Below are positions 15,949-24,417 of a DNA stretch of 24,417 nucleotides, one piece after another. Location of the stretch: positions 1 to 24,417 of the forward strand of contig JAZFVR010000209.1 in the NCBI GenBank assembly GCA_036447835.1, in the 5' to 3' direction. The translations under genes and the position numbers were made by a program. Every line of letters starts with the position of its first letter. Position 1 is the first letter of the stretch. This stretch comes from Alphaproteobacteria bacterium (GTDB taxonomy: Bacteria; Pseudomonadota; Alphaproteobacteria; JAAXGF01). The notes under the pieces were generated by a model. That model saw only the letters and a program-made list of their open reading frames with translations, did not search any database and was not told where the DNA came from.

Positions 15949-16965
15949 ATGGCGGAGAAGTTAGAGCTACACAGCATGTCGGGGCCCGATCGGGCCGCCG
16001 TCTTCCTGCTGTCCCTCAAGGAGGAGCAGGCCGCCAAGCTGTTCTCCATGATGGACGACGATGAAATCAGGGATCTTTCACAGCGCATGTCGACCCTGGG
16101 TTCGGTGGGCGGGGATGTGGTCGAGCGGCTGTTCGTCGATTTCGCCGAGCAGATCTCGAGCACCGGTTCGCTCGTCGGCAGCTACGACTCGGTCGAACGG
16201 CTGCTGTCGAAGACCATCGATACCGAGCGCGTCGAATCCATCATGGAGGAGATTCGCGGCCCGGCGGGCCGCACCATGTGGGACAAGCTCGGCAACGTCA
16301 ACGAGACCGTTCTCGCGAACTATCTGAAGAACGAGTACCCCCAGACGGTCGCCGTCGTCCTTTCCAAGATCAAATCCGACCACGCCGCGCGGGTCTTGAG
16401 CGCCCTTCCCGAAGACTTCTCCATGGAAGTGGTGATGCGCATGCTGCGCATGGAGGCGGTGCAGAAGGACATCCTCGACGACGTCGAGCGCACGCTGCGC
16501 ACCGAGTTCATGAGCAACCTCGCCCGCACCAACAAGCGCGACAGCTTCGAGCGCATGGCCGAGCTCTTCAACAGCCTCGACCGCTCGACCGAATCGCGCA
16601 TGTTGAGCGCCCTCGAGAAGCGCAACCAGGAAGCCGCCGAGCGCATCCGCGCCCTGATGTTCACCTTCGAGGACCTGGTCAAGCTCGATCCGGCCCGCGT
16701 GCAGACCTTGTTGCGTCACGTCGACAAGCGCAAGTTGCCCGTCGCCCTCAAGGGCGCCTCCGAAACCCTCCGCGACCTGTTCTTCAGCAACATGTCGAAG
16801 CGCGCGTGCAAGATGCTGCGCGAGGATATGCAGGTGCTTGGCCCGGTCCGGTTGCGCGACGTCCACGACGCCCAGCAGTTGATGGTGAACACCGCCAAGG
16901 AGCTGGCCGACAAGGGCGAGATCATGATCGTCGACCAGAAGGGCGACGACGAGCTGGTGTATTGA
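15949..16965 (+). CDS. fliG: Rotor protein FliG
   Basis: [26 protein letters not shown] and GPVRLRDV motifs. Confidence 0.97.
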   Translation: MAEKLELHSMSGPDRAAVFLLSLKEEQAAKLFSMMDDDEIRDLSQRMSTLGSVGGDVVERLFVDFAEQISSTGSLVGSYDSVERLLSKTIDTERVESIMEEIRGPAGRTMWDKLGNVNETVLANYLKNEYPQTVAVVLSKIKSDHAARVLSALPEDFSMEVVMRMLRMEAVQKDILDDVERTLRTEFMSNLARTNKRDSFERMAELFNSLDRSTESRMLSALEKRNQEAAERIRALMFTFEDLVKLDPARVQTLLRHVDKRKLPVALKGASETLRDLFFSNMSKRACKMLREDMQVLGPVRLRDVHDAQQLMVNTAKELADKGEIMIVDQKGDDELVY

Positions 16966-16979
16966 GAGACGCCCCCCAC

Positions 16980-17723
16980 ATGGCTGAACCCGTCAAGTTC
17001 AATTTCGAGACCGTTTTCGAACTGAAAGACGGCGGTGGCAGCGGCCGCGGCGTGGCGTTTTCGCAAAGCTACACCCGCCAAGAACTCAACGCCGCGTGCG
17101 AAGAGGCGCGCCGGGCCGGGTTTGCCGAAGGCGTGGCGCAGGAACAGGCGAGAATCGAGCGCCGGCAAGCCGACGCGCTCGATGCGATCGGCGAGCGGAT
17201 GAGCGAAATCGCGCGCGTCCAGGCCGCCGAGTTCGAACGCACCGTCAAGAGCGCGACGGCGCTGTCTCTGGCCGTCGCGCGCAAGGTCGCGCCGGCGCTC
17301 ATGCAGCGCCAGCCTCTGGCCGAGATCGAGACGATGATCGCCGACCACCTGGCGCAGCTCATCGACGAACCAAATGTGGTCATGCGCGTTCCCGACGCCC
17401 TGCTCGACGCGATCAAGAACCGGATCGACGAGATCGCCGAGGACTGCGGTTACGCCGGCCGCATCGTCCTGCTCGCCGATTCGTCCCTCGGCGAAAGCGG
17501 CTGCCACATAGAGTGGGCCGATGGCGGTGCGGAGCGCAACACCGACGCCGTTTGGCGCGAGATCGAGACCGCGATCGAACGGCTCCTGCACGCGCCGGTC
17601 GGAGACTCCCCGGAGGACGACGGCGTAACGGCACCTGATGCAGGCAACCCGATACAGGAACCGGTCGAATCTGAGGCGTCTCACGACGTCGACGATTCCG
17701 AGACCGACCAGTCCAACGAGTAG
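16980..17723 (+). CDS. fliH: Flagellar assembly protein FliH (FlbE-like)
   Basis: From ATG 16980: MAEPVKFNFETVF...ARRAGFAEG...LGESGCHIEWADGGAER. Confidence 0.85.
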   Translation: MAEPVKFNFETVFELKDGGGSGRGVAFSQSYTRQELNAACEEARRAGFAEGVAQEQARIERRQADALDAIGERMSEIARVQAAEFERTVKSATALSLAVARKVAPALMQRQPLAEIETMIADHLAQLIDEPNVVMRVPDALLDAIKNRIDEIAEDCGYAGRIVLLADSSLGESGCHIEWADGGAERNTDAVWREIETAIERLLHAPVGDSPEDDGVTAPDAGNPIQEPVESEASHDVDDSETDQSNE

Positions 17724-17732
17724 GAGCAAGTC

Positions 17733-18098
17733 ATGTCGGACACCAAGGGCGAGCTTGACCTCGCCGACCTCGACACCGACGGCCAGGAAGCGCAGCTGGA
17801 AGACACTCCCGCCGAGGGTGATCCCGCGCTGGCGCAGGCCGCGGGGCCAAAGTCGGGCAGCGACCTCGAGGCGGTGTTCGACGTGCCGGTCCAGGTCTCG
17901 GCCGTTCTCGGCAAGGCCACGCTCCAGGTCTCGCAGCTACTGAAGCTCGGACGCGGCGCGGTGGTCGAGCTCGACCGCAAGGTGGGCGAGGCGATCGACA
18001 TCTACGTCAACGACCGTCTCGTCGCCCGCGGCGAGATCGTGGTCGTCGAGGATCGCCTGGGCGTGACCATGACGGAAATCATCAAGTCCGATCGCTGA
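17733..18098 (+). CDS. fliN: Switch protein FliN
   Basis: VFDVPVQVSAVLGK...LDRKVGEAIDIYVNDRLVARGEIVVV. Confidence 0.96.
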   Translation: MSDTKGELDLADLDTDGQEAQLEDTPAEGDPALAQAAGPKSGSDLEAVFDVPVQVSAVLGKATLQVSQLLKLGRGAVVELDRKVGEAIDIYVNDRLVARGEIVVVEDRLGVTMTEIIKSDR

Positions 18099-18127
18099 GT
18101 GGACTGCGCGATCGCGGGGGAGACACA

Positions 18128-18895
18128 ATGGACTTGGCAACACTTCTCGGGCTCTTTGCGGGGTTCGGCCTCATCGGCACCGCCATCGTGCTCGGCGGCA
18201 CGCCGCTCGCGTTCGTCGACGCGCCCGCGATGCTCATCGTCTTCGGCGGCACCTTCGCCGTGACGATCGTTTCGTTCTCGCTCGACGACGTGCTGCGCGC
18301 CAACAGCGCCGTGTTCAAGGCGTTGTTCCAGCCGGTGCTCGACACCAGCATCGCCGCCACCCAGGTGCTCGAGCTGGCGGAATTGGCGCGTCACAAGGGC
18401 GCGCTGGCGCTCGAGAACGTGCAGTCCAAAACGGTCAACCTGCCGTTCCTGAACGAGGGCCTGTCGCTCGTCGTCGACGGCTCGAGCGGCGATGAAGTCG
18501 AAAGCATCATGACGCGCAAGGTCCACGCCATGGCGAGCCGCCACGCGAGGAGCGTCGAGGTGATACGCAAGGCGGCCGACGTGTCGCCGGCGATGGGCCT
18601 GATCGGCACGCTGGTCGGCCTGGTACAAATGCTCGGCAATCTCGAAGACCCGTCGACGATCGGGCCGAGCATGGCGGTGGCGCTGCTCACCACGTTTTAC
18701 GGGGCGGTGCTGTCGAACATGGTGTTTTCGCCCCTGGCGGCCAAACTCGAGCGCAAATCGGGCGATGAGGTTCTGCTCAACACCATCTACCTCACCGGAC
18801 TGGCATCGATCACCCGGCACGAGAACCCGCGCCGGCTCGAGATGCTGCTCAACACGCTGCTGCCCCCCACCGAACGGATTGAGTACTTCGAATAG
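18128..18895 (+). CDS. motA: Stator protein MotA/PomA family
   Basis: MDLATLLGL, SPAMGLIGTLVGLVQML and MAVALLTTFYG motifs. Confidence 0.92.
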   Translation: MDLATLLGLFAGFGLIGTAIVLGGTPLAFVDAPAMLIVFGGTFAVTIVSFSLDDVLRANSAVFKALFQPVLDTSIAATQVLELAELARHKGALALENVQSKTVNLPFLNEGLSLVVDGSSGDEVESIMTRKVHAMASRHARSVEVIRKAADVSPAMGLIGTLVGLVQMLGNLEDPSTIGPSMAVALLTTFYGAVLSNMVFSPLAAKLERKSGDEVLLNTIYLTGLASITRHENPRRLEMLLNTLLPPTERIEYFE

Positions 18896-18931
18896 GCGTC
18901 GGATCGATCAGCGGTATCGAGGAGAAAAGTA

Positions 18932-20296
18932 ATGCGTTTACTCATTGTTGGCTCACTCGGCGGCGAAATCGGCACCGCCAGCAAGATCGCCATGGCACGA
19001 GGGGCCAAGGTTGGCCATGCCGGCGACATCGACACCGCGCTCGAAGCGCTGCGATCCGGCCGGGGGGCCGAGCTGGTGATGGTCGACGTCAAGCTCGACA
19101 TCGCCCGCTTCATCGGCTGTCTGACCTCGGAGCGCATCAGCGTGCCGGTCGTCGCTTGCGGCGTCGACCCCGACGCCGACGCCGCGGTACGGGCGATCAA
19201 GGCGGGCGCTCGCGAGTTCATTCCGCTGCCGCCCCAGGCCGAGCTCATCGCGGCGGTGCTCGAGGCGGTGGCGGCAGCGAGCCACACCATCATCTACCGC
19301 GATCCCGCCACGGCCAAGGTTCTGAACCTCGCCGAGCGGGTCGCCCCCTCCGACGCCAGCATCCTGATCACCGGGGAATTGGGAACCGGCAAGGAGCTGC
19401 TCGCCCGTTTCGTACATCGCCACAGCCGCCGCTCGGGAGAATCCTTCGTCTCGGTGAACTGCGCCGCGATCCCTGAGAACCTGCTCGAATCCGAGTTGTT
19501 CGGGCACGAGAAGGGCGCCTTCACCGGCGCCGTCGCCCGCCGCATTGGCAAGTTCGAGGAAGCCAACGGCGGCACGCTCCTGCTCGACGAGATCAGCGAG
19601 ATGGACCCGCGCCTCCAGGCCAAGCTCCTGCGTTCGCTCCAGGAGCGCGAGATCGACCGCGTCGGCAGCTCGGCGCCGATCAAGATCGACATCCGCCTCG
19701 TCGCGACGAGCAACCGCGACCTTGAGGCCGCAGTGGCGGAGGGCAGCTTCCGCGAGGACCTCCTGTTCCGCCTCAATGTCGTCAACCTGCACATGCCGCC
19801 GCTGCGCGAACGCACCGGCGACATCCCGGTGCTGTGCAGCCACTTCATCGAGAAGTACTCGGAGGCCAATGGGATTGCGGTGCGGCCGTTGGCGCCCGCG
19901 GCGCACGACATGCTGGTCGGCCACGGCTGGCGCGGCAACGTGCGCGAACTCGAGAACACCATCCATCGCTCCGTGCTGCTGGCCAAGGGCGAGCAAATCG
20001 GCCCCGACGCGATCATGCTGTCGAGCGGTTCGCAGCGCAGTGAAACGCTGGCCCCTGGCAACGGCGACAGCGCTGCGGCGGTCACCGGCGCCACCAGCCG
20101 CCTGGTCGGGCGCACCGTCGCCGATGTCGAGCGCGACCTCATCCTCGAGACGCTCACCCACTGCCTCGGCAACCGCACCCATGCCGCCAACATCCTCGGG
20201 ATCTCGATCCGCACCCTGCGTAACAAGCTCAAGCTGTACGCCGGCGAGGGCAACAAGGTGCCGCAACCCGGCGAAGCGCCGCAAGCCGCACTCTAG
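18932..20296 (+). CDS. flbD: sigma54-dependent flagellar activator FlbD (REC-AAA+-HTH)
   Basis: GAFTGA, LLLDEISE and GNVRELEN motifs; HTH GNRTHAANILGISIRTLRNKL; position after fliF-G-H-N. Confidence 0.93.
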   Translation: MRLLIVGSLGGEIGTASKIAMARGAKVGHAGDIDTALEALRSGRGAELVMVDVKLDIARFIGCLTSERISVPVVACGVDPDADAAVRAIKAGAREFIPLPPQAELIAAVLEAVAAASHTIIYRDPATAKVLNLAERVAPSDASILITGELGTGKELLARFVHRHSRRSGESFVSVNCAAIPENLLESELFGHEKGAFTGAVARRIGKFEEANGGTLLLDEISEMDPRLQAKLLRSLQEREIDRVGSSAPIKIDIRLVATSNRDLEAAVAEGSFREDLLFRLNVVNLHMPPLRERTGDIPVLCSHFIEKYSEANGIAVRPLAPAAHDMLVGHGWRGNVRELENTIHRSVLLAKGEQIGPDAIMLSSGSQRSETLAPGNGDSAAAVTGATSRLVGRTVADVERDLILETLTHCLGNRTHAANILGISIRTLRNKLKLYAGEGNKVPQPGEAPQAAL

Positions 20297-20469
20297 GAGC
20301 CTGTCCGAGTAATGGTCATGTGCTGCATCGATCCAGGATGCGCGAGTGCCAGGAGCGGAGGCACCGGCGATGCCGGAGCATCGTCAAGCCTTCGCGACGC
20401 CGCAATCGCGCCTCCCGGGGCCTCGAAAACGCGGTGCAGCCCGTGACCATTCCCCCGACAGGCTCCTAG
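20293..20469. mobile_element. MITE-like element (177 bp including flanking CTAG) between flbD and flhA
   Basis: 38-bp imperfect inverted ends (32/38 identical; 20293-20330 versus 20432-20469), CTAG at both ends, no transposase. Confidence 0.75.
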
Positions 20470-20490
20470 GCCGTAACAGGATCGGATCCG

Positions 20491-22590
20491 TTGGCCGAGA
20501 ACGAAACCGCATCGGTGCCGTCGACAGACGTGCTCGCCAGCATCGGCGAAAGCCTCCGCCGGGGCGACGTTGCGCTCGCGCTCGGCGTCATATTCATCCT
20601 CGTCGTTCTCATCCTGCCGATGCCGAGATGGCTTCTCGACATCATGCTCGGCGTCTCGATCAGCTTCTCCGGCCTGATCCTGCTGACCTCGCTGTTCATC
20701 ACCCGGCCGCTCGACTTCAGCTCGTTTCCGACGGTGCTGCTCATCGCCACCATGCTGCGGTTGTCGCTCAACTTGGCCTCGACGCGGCTGATCCTCGCCC
20801 ACGGCCACGAGGGAACGGGTGCCGCCGGCAAGGTCATCGAGGCCTTCGGCAACTTCGTCATGGGCGGCAACTTCGTCATCGGAATCATCGTCTTCGGTAT
20901 CCTGGTGATCGTGAACTTCATCGTCATCACCAAGGGTTCGGGCCGCATCGCCGAGGTCTCGGCACGGTTCAGCCTCGACGCCATGCCGGGCAAGCAGATG
21001 GCGATCGACGCCGACCTGTCGGCGGGCCTGATCGACGAGACCGAGGCGCGCGAGCGGCGCAAGAGGCTGGAGGACGAGAGCAACTTCTTCGGCGCCATGG
21101 ATGGCGCGGCGAAGTTCGTGCGCGGCGACGCCATCGCCGGCATCCTCATCACCTTCATCAACATCATCGGCGGCATGATCATCGGCATGGTCCAGCAGGA
21201 CCTGACGATGTCCCAGGCCGCGGCCTCGTACACGCTGCTCACCGTCGGTGACGGCCTGGTGACGCAGATACCGGCGCTCGTCGTTTCCACCGCCGCCGGT
21301 CTCCTGGTTTCGAAGGCCGGCATCGACGGCACCACCGACAAGGCGGTGTTCGGCCAGCTCGGCCGGCATCCGCGGGCGTTCGGCCTGTCGAGCGCGATGC
21401 TGGTGGCGCTCGCGCTGTTGCCGGGCATACCGATGATACCGTTCCTGCTGCTCGCCGCAGGCTCGGGCGCGCTTGCCTGGCGGCTCACGCTGCGCCCGAC
21501 CGAGGAGAGCCCCGAAGCCCTGGTCGACGCGGCGGCGGCACCGGCGCCGCCGGCGGAGGAGCCGATATCGACGGCGCTGGCCATCGACCAGATCCGCCTC
21601 GAGCTCGGCTACGCGCTGTTGACGCTGATCAACGACCAGCAGGGCCATCGCCTCAGCGAGCAGATCAAGACGCTGCGCCGGCAGATCGCTTCCGATATGG
21701 GCTTCGTCACGCCCTCGGTGCGGATCCAGGACGACATGCAGCTTGCGGCCAACGGATACGTGATCCGCGTCAAGGACATCGAGGCCGGCAGCGGCGAGGT
21801 CAAGCCCGGCATGCTCATGGTGATGGATCCGCGCGGCGAGAAGATCACGATCGCCGGCGAGGAGACGACCGAGCCCACCTTCGGCCTGCCCGCCATGTGG
21901 GTGCCCGAAGCGAACCGCGAAGAGGCGGCGTTCCGCGGCTACACCGTGGTCGATGCGCCGACGGTCATCACCACGCATCTGACCGAGGTGATCAAGGAGC
22001 ACATGTCCGAGCTGTTGTCGTACAGCGAGACCCAGAAGCTGCTCGACGAGCTCGACCAGGATCACCAGAAGCTCGTCGCCGACCTCGTGCCGTCGAAGAT
22101 CGCGGTCAGCGGCATTCAGCGCGTATTGCAGAACCTGCTTTCCGAGCGCGTGTCGATCCGCGACCTGCCCACCGTTCTCGAGGGCATTTCCGAGGCCGTG
22201 GGCTTCACCCAGAACATCACCCTGGTCAGCGAACACGTGCGCAGCCGTCTCGCTCGCCAGCTGTGCAGCGCCAACACCGGCGCCGACGGCGTTATCCAGC
22301 TGGTAACGCTGTCGCCCGACTGGGAACAGGCCTTCGCCGACGCGGTCGTCGGTACCGGCGACGAGCGCCAGCTGTCGATGGCACCGAGCAAGCTGCAGGA
22401 GTTCATCACCGTCGTGCGCCAGACCTTCGAGCGCCACGCCATGATGGGCGAGCTGCCGGTGCTTCTGTCGAGCCCCGGCATCCGGCCGTTCGTGCGTTCC
22501 ATCGTCGAGCGCTTCCGGCCGACGACGGTGGTGATGTCGCAGAACGAGATCCACCCGAAGGCCAAGATTCGCACCGTGGGACAGATCTGA
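20491..22590 (+). CDS. flhA: Export gate protein FlhA
   Basis: SFPTVLLIATMLRLSLN, RFSLDAMPGKQMAIDADL and FFGAMDGAAKFVRGDAIAG motifs; TTG start. Confidence 0.97.
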   Translation: MAENETASVPSTDVLASIGESLRRGDVALALGVIFILVVLILPMPRWLLDIMLGVSISFSGLILLTSLFITRPLDFSSFPTVLLIATMLRLSLNLASTRLILAHGHEGTGAAGKVIEAFGNFVMGGNFVIGIIVFGILVIVNFIVITKGSGRIAEVSARFSLDAMPGKQMAIDADLSAGLIDETEARERRKRLEDESNFFGAMDGAAKFVRGDAIAGILITFINIIGGMIIGMVQQDLTMSQAAASYTLLTVGDGLVTQIPALVVSTAAGLLVSKAGIDGTTDKAVFGQLGRHPRAFGLSSAMLVALALLPGIPMIPFLLLAAGSGALAWRLTLRPTEESPEALVDAAAAPAPPAEEPISTALAIDQIRLELGYALLTLINDQQGHRLSEQIKTLRRQIASDMGFVTPSVRIQDDMQLAANGYVIRVKDIEAGSGEVKPGMLMVMDPRGEKITIAGEETTEPTFGLPAMWVPEANREEAAFRGYTVVDAPTVITTHLTEVIKEHMSELLSYSETQKLLDELDQDHQKLVADLVPSKIAVSGIQRVLQNLLSERVSIRDLPTVLEGISEAVGFTQNITLVSEHVRSRLARQLCSANTGADGVIQLVTLSPDWEQAFADAVVGTGDERQLSMAPSKLQEFITVVRQTFERHAMMGELPVLLSSPGIRPFVRSIVERFRPTTVVMSQNEIHPKAKIRTVGQI

Positions 22591-22612
22591 TGGTGCGCCG
22601 GAGCATGCCGAA

Positions 22613-23584
22613 ATGCGCCTGAAATCGTTCACTGCGGCGAGCATGAGCGAGGCCATGCGACAGATTCGCGTCGAGTTCGGCGAGGACGCGGTGATCGTTT
22701 CGAGCCAGCGCATCATGGGTCACCAGGGCGTGCGGGTTACCGCCGCGCTCGACGACTCCGGCGAAATCCCCGTCGCCAGCGTCGAGCCGCTGGCGCCGCG
22801 CGAAATGGTGGAAGCGATCGACCGCGCGCTCAGCGACCACGGTACGCCGCGCTGGCTGGTCGAGCAGCTCACCGGCGCCGTGTGCGGTGACGAGGACGAT
22901 CTCTTGACCCTGCTCGCTCACGTCCTCGCGGAGAGTTTCCGCTTCGAGCCGTTGGCAGAGGACGGCGCGGCGCGGCCGATCGCTCTCGTGGGTCCGCCCG
23001 GCGTCGGCAAGACGGTCGCCACCGCCAAGATCGCCACGCGCTGGGTTCTCGCCAAGCGACCGGTCAGGGTGATCTCGACCGACAGCTTCCGCGCCGGCGG
23101 CGTCGACCAGCTCGCCGCCCTCACCAAGATTCTGGGAATCAGGCTGTTCACCGCAGCCTCGCCGCGCGAGCTACAGGAAGTGGCGACGGCGGGCGAACCC
23201 GGCGAACTGGTTCTCGTCGACACCGCCAACGCGAACCCCTTCAGCAAGGCCGAGCTGGTGCGCCTCGCCGAGCTCACCGACAGCATCGGCGCCGAACCGC
23301 TGCTGATCCTGGCTGCGGGTGGCGACGCCGAAGAGGCGGCCGAGATCGGCGAGGTTTACAGTGCGCTCGGCGCGACCCGCATGATCGTGACCCGGCTCGA
23401 CGCGGCGCGCCGCCTCGGCGGCATTCTCGCGGCGGCGAACCACGGCCGGCTGGGATTCTGCGAGGTGAGCCTCAGCCCCCACGTTTCACGCAGTCTTCAC
23501 CCCATCGACCCGCAAGCGCTGGCGCGTTTGCTTCTCAGCCACCAGGCCGAACGCGAGCAGGCCGAAGAGCCCGACGAGGCATAG
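22613..23584 (+). CDS. flhF: SRP-family GTPase FlhF
   Basis: MRLKSFTAASMSEAMRQIRVEFGEDAVIVS N-terminus; GPPGVGKT, DSFRAGG and TRLD motifs; G3 reads DTAN. Confidence 0.9.
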   Translation: MRLKSFTAASMSEAMRQIRVEFGEDAVIVSSQRIMGHQGVRVTAALDDSGEIPVASVEPLAPREMVEAIDRALSDHGTPRWLVEQLTGAVCGDEDDLLTLLAHVLAESFRFEPLAEDGAARPIALVGPPGVGKTVATAKIATRWVLAKRPVRVISTDSFRAGGVDQLAALTKILGIRLFTAASPRELQEVATAGEPGELVLVDTANANPFSKAELVRLAELTDSIGAEPLLILAAGGDAEEAAEIGEVYSALGATRMIVTRLDAARRLGGILAAANHGRLGFCEVSLSPHVSRSLHPIDPQALARLLLSHQAEREQAEEPDEA

Positions 23585-23586
23585 CA

Positions 23587-24378
23587 ATGGCAACGAGCAG
23601 CTCTGCACGACAACAGCCCGACACGCGCCCGACCGGCGAAAACATCATCACGATCGCGTCGGGGAAAGGCGGTGTCGGCAAGACCTGGCTGGCGATCACG
23701 CTGGCCCATGCCCTGGCGCGATCGGGTCGCCGGGCGCTGCTGTTCGACGGCGACATCGGTCTCGCCAACGTCGACATCCAGCTCGGTCTGGCGCCCGAAC
23801 ACGACCTCGGCAGCGTCATCGCCGGCCGGCTCAGCCTGCACAGCGCGGTCACCACCTTCGCCGACGGCGGGTTCGACATCATCGCCGGGCGTTCGGGATG
23901 GGGGAGCCTCACGGCGCTGCACCCCTCGCGGCTGACCACCCTGCGCGACGACCTCATCGCCATGGCCGGCGGCTACGACGACGTGGTGGTCGACCTCGGC
24001 GCCGGCCTCGAACAGAGCGTGCGGCTGCTGACCGTGCCCGCCGGCCGCTGCCTCATCGTCACCACCGACGAGCCCACGGCGCTCACCGACGCGTACGCCT
24101 TCATGAAGATCATCCGCGCCGAACGGCCGGGCATCGACCTGCGCGTGGTGGTCAACATGGCGGCCACCCCGAAGGATGGCGAGAACACGTACAACACCCT
24201 GTGCAGGGTGTGCGAGAACTTCCTCAAGTTCACGCCGCCGCTCGCCGGGGTGGTTTGCCGCGATTCCCACGTCAAGGATGCGATCCGCAACCAGACCGCC
24301 ATGCTCACCCGGCACCCGGGGAGCAGGGCGTCGAGCGACATCGAGATGCTGGCCCGGGCCTTGGCGAGAGCGAGGTAG
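23587..24378 (+). CDS. flhG: MinD-like ATPase FlhG/FleN
   Basis: IASGKGGVGKT, DGDIGLANVDIQLG, DLGAG and EPTALTDAYAFMK motifs. Confidence 0.93.
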   Translation: MATSSSARQQPDTRPTGENIITIASGKGGVGKTWLAITLAHALARSGRRALLFDGDIGLANVDIQLGLAPEHDLGSVIAGRLSLHSAVTTFADGGFDIIAGRSGWGSLTALHPSRLTTLRDDLIAMAGGYDDVVVDLGAGLEQSVRLLTVPAGRCLIVTTDEPTALTDAYAFMKIIRAERPGIDLRVVVNMAATPKDGENTYNTLCRVCENFLKFTPPLAGVVCRDSHVKDAIRNQTAMLTRHPGSRASSDIEMLARALARAR

Positions 24379-24417
24379 CGCGCCATGCTGTCATCGACGG
24401 GCCGCGTGCCGCCCACG

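Noticed and set aside
1437-22590. Interpretation as a non-flagellar injectisome
   Set aside because: The components are flagellar-type (FliO, FliL, FliM, MotA/B, FlhF/G); no secretin, needle or translocon genes are in the window.
14716-22716. Long minus-strand ORFs (14716..15882, 18953..20284, 20293..22716)
   Set aside because: Antisense to fliF, flbD and flhA; shadow frames without independent evidence.
24385-24417. Possible start of a next gene (MLSSTGRVPPT)
   Set aside because: Only 11 codons are visible; cannot be supported.
1-24417. CRISPR arrays, tRNA/rRNA genes, transposase or integrase genes
   Set aside because: None seen; intergenic gaps are short and explained by promoters, a terminator and the MITE-like element.

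Overview
High-GC alphaproteobacterial (Rhodospirillales/Caulobacter-like) polar flagellar cluster with csrA, dksA and sciP, several CtrA boxes, sigma54/ftr-like sites and one MITE-like insertion. The cluster is selectively dismantled. The axial rod, ring and hook genes survive only as fused stubs: flgB 5' end joined to flgC 3' end, and a frameshifted flgI 5' end joined to the flgE 3' end. flgF-flgG-flgA-flgH are absent from their usual place next to fliL, where an orphan sigma54-like promoter and a TPR pseudogene remain. cheZ and a small FlhB-C-like gene appear to have internal deletions. In contrast, about 19.3 kb of MS-ring, C-ring, export, stator, scaffold, positioning and regulator genes (fliF/G/H/N/M/L, fliO/P, flhA, motA, motB plus an Asp-less paralog, motE-like, a large TPR scaffold, flhF/G, flbD, fliX, cheY) have uninterrupted frames. 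This suggests a rod-less, hook-less basal-body module kept for a non-motility role. Family assignments come from recognising motifs by eye, not from database searches.
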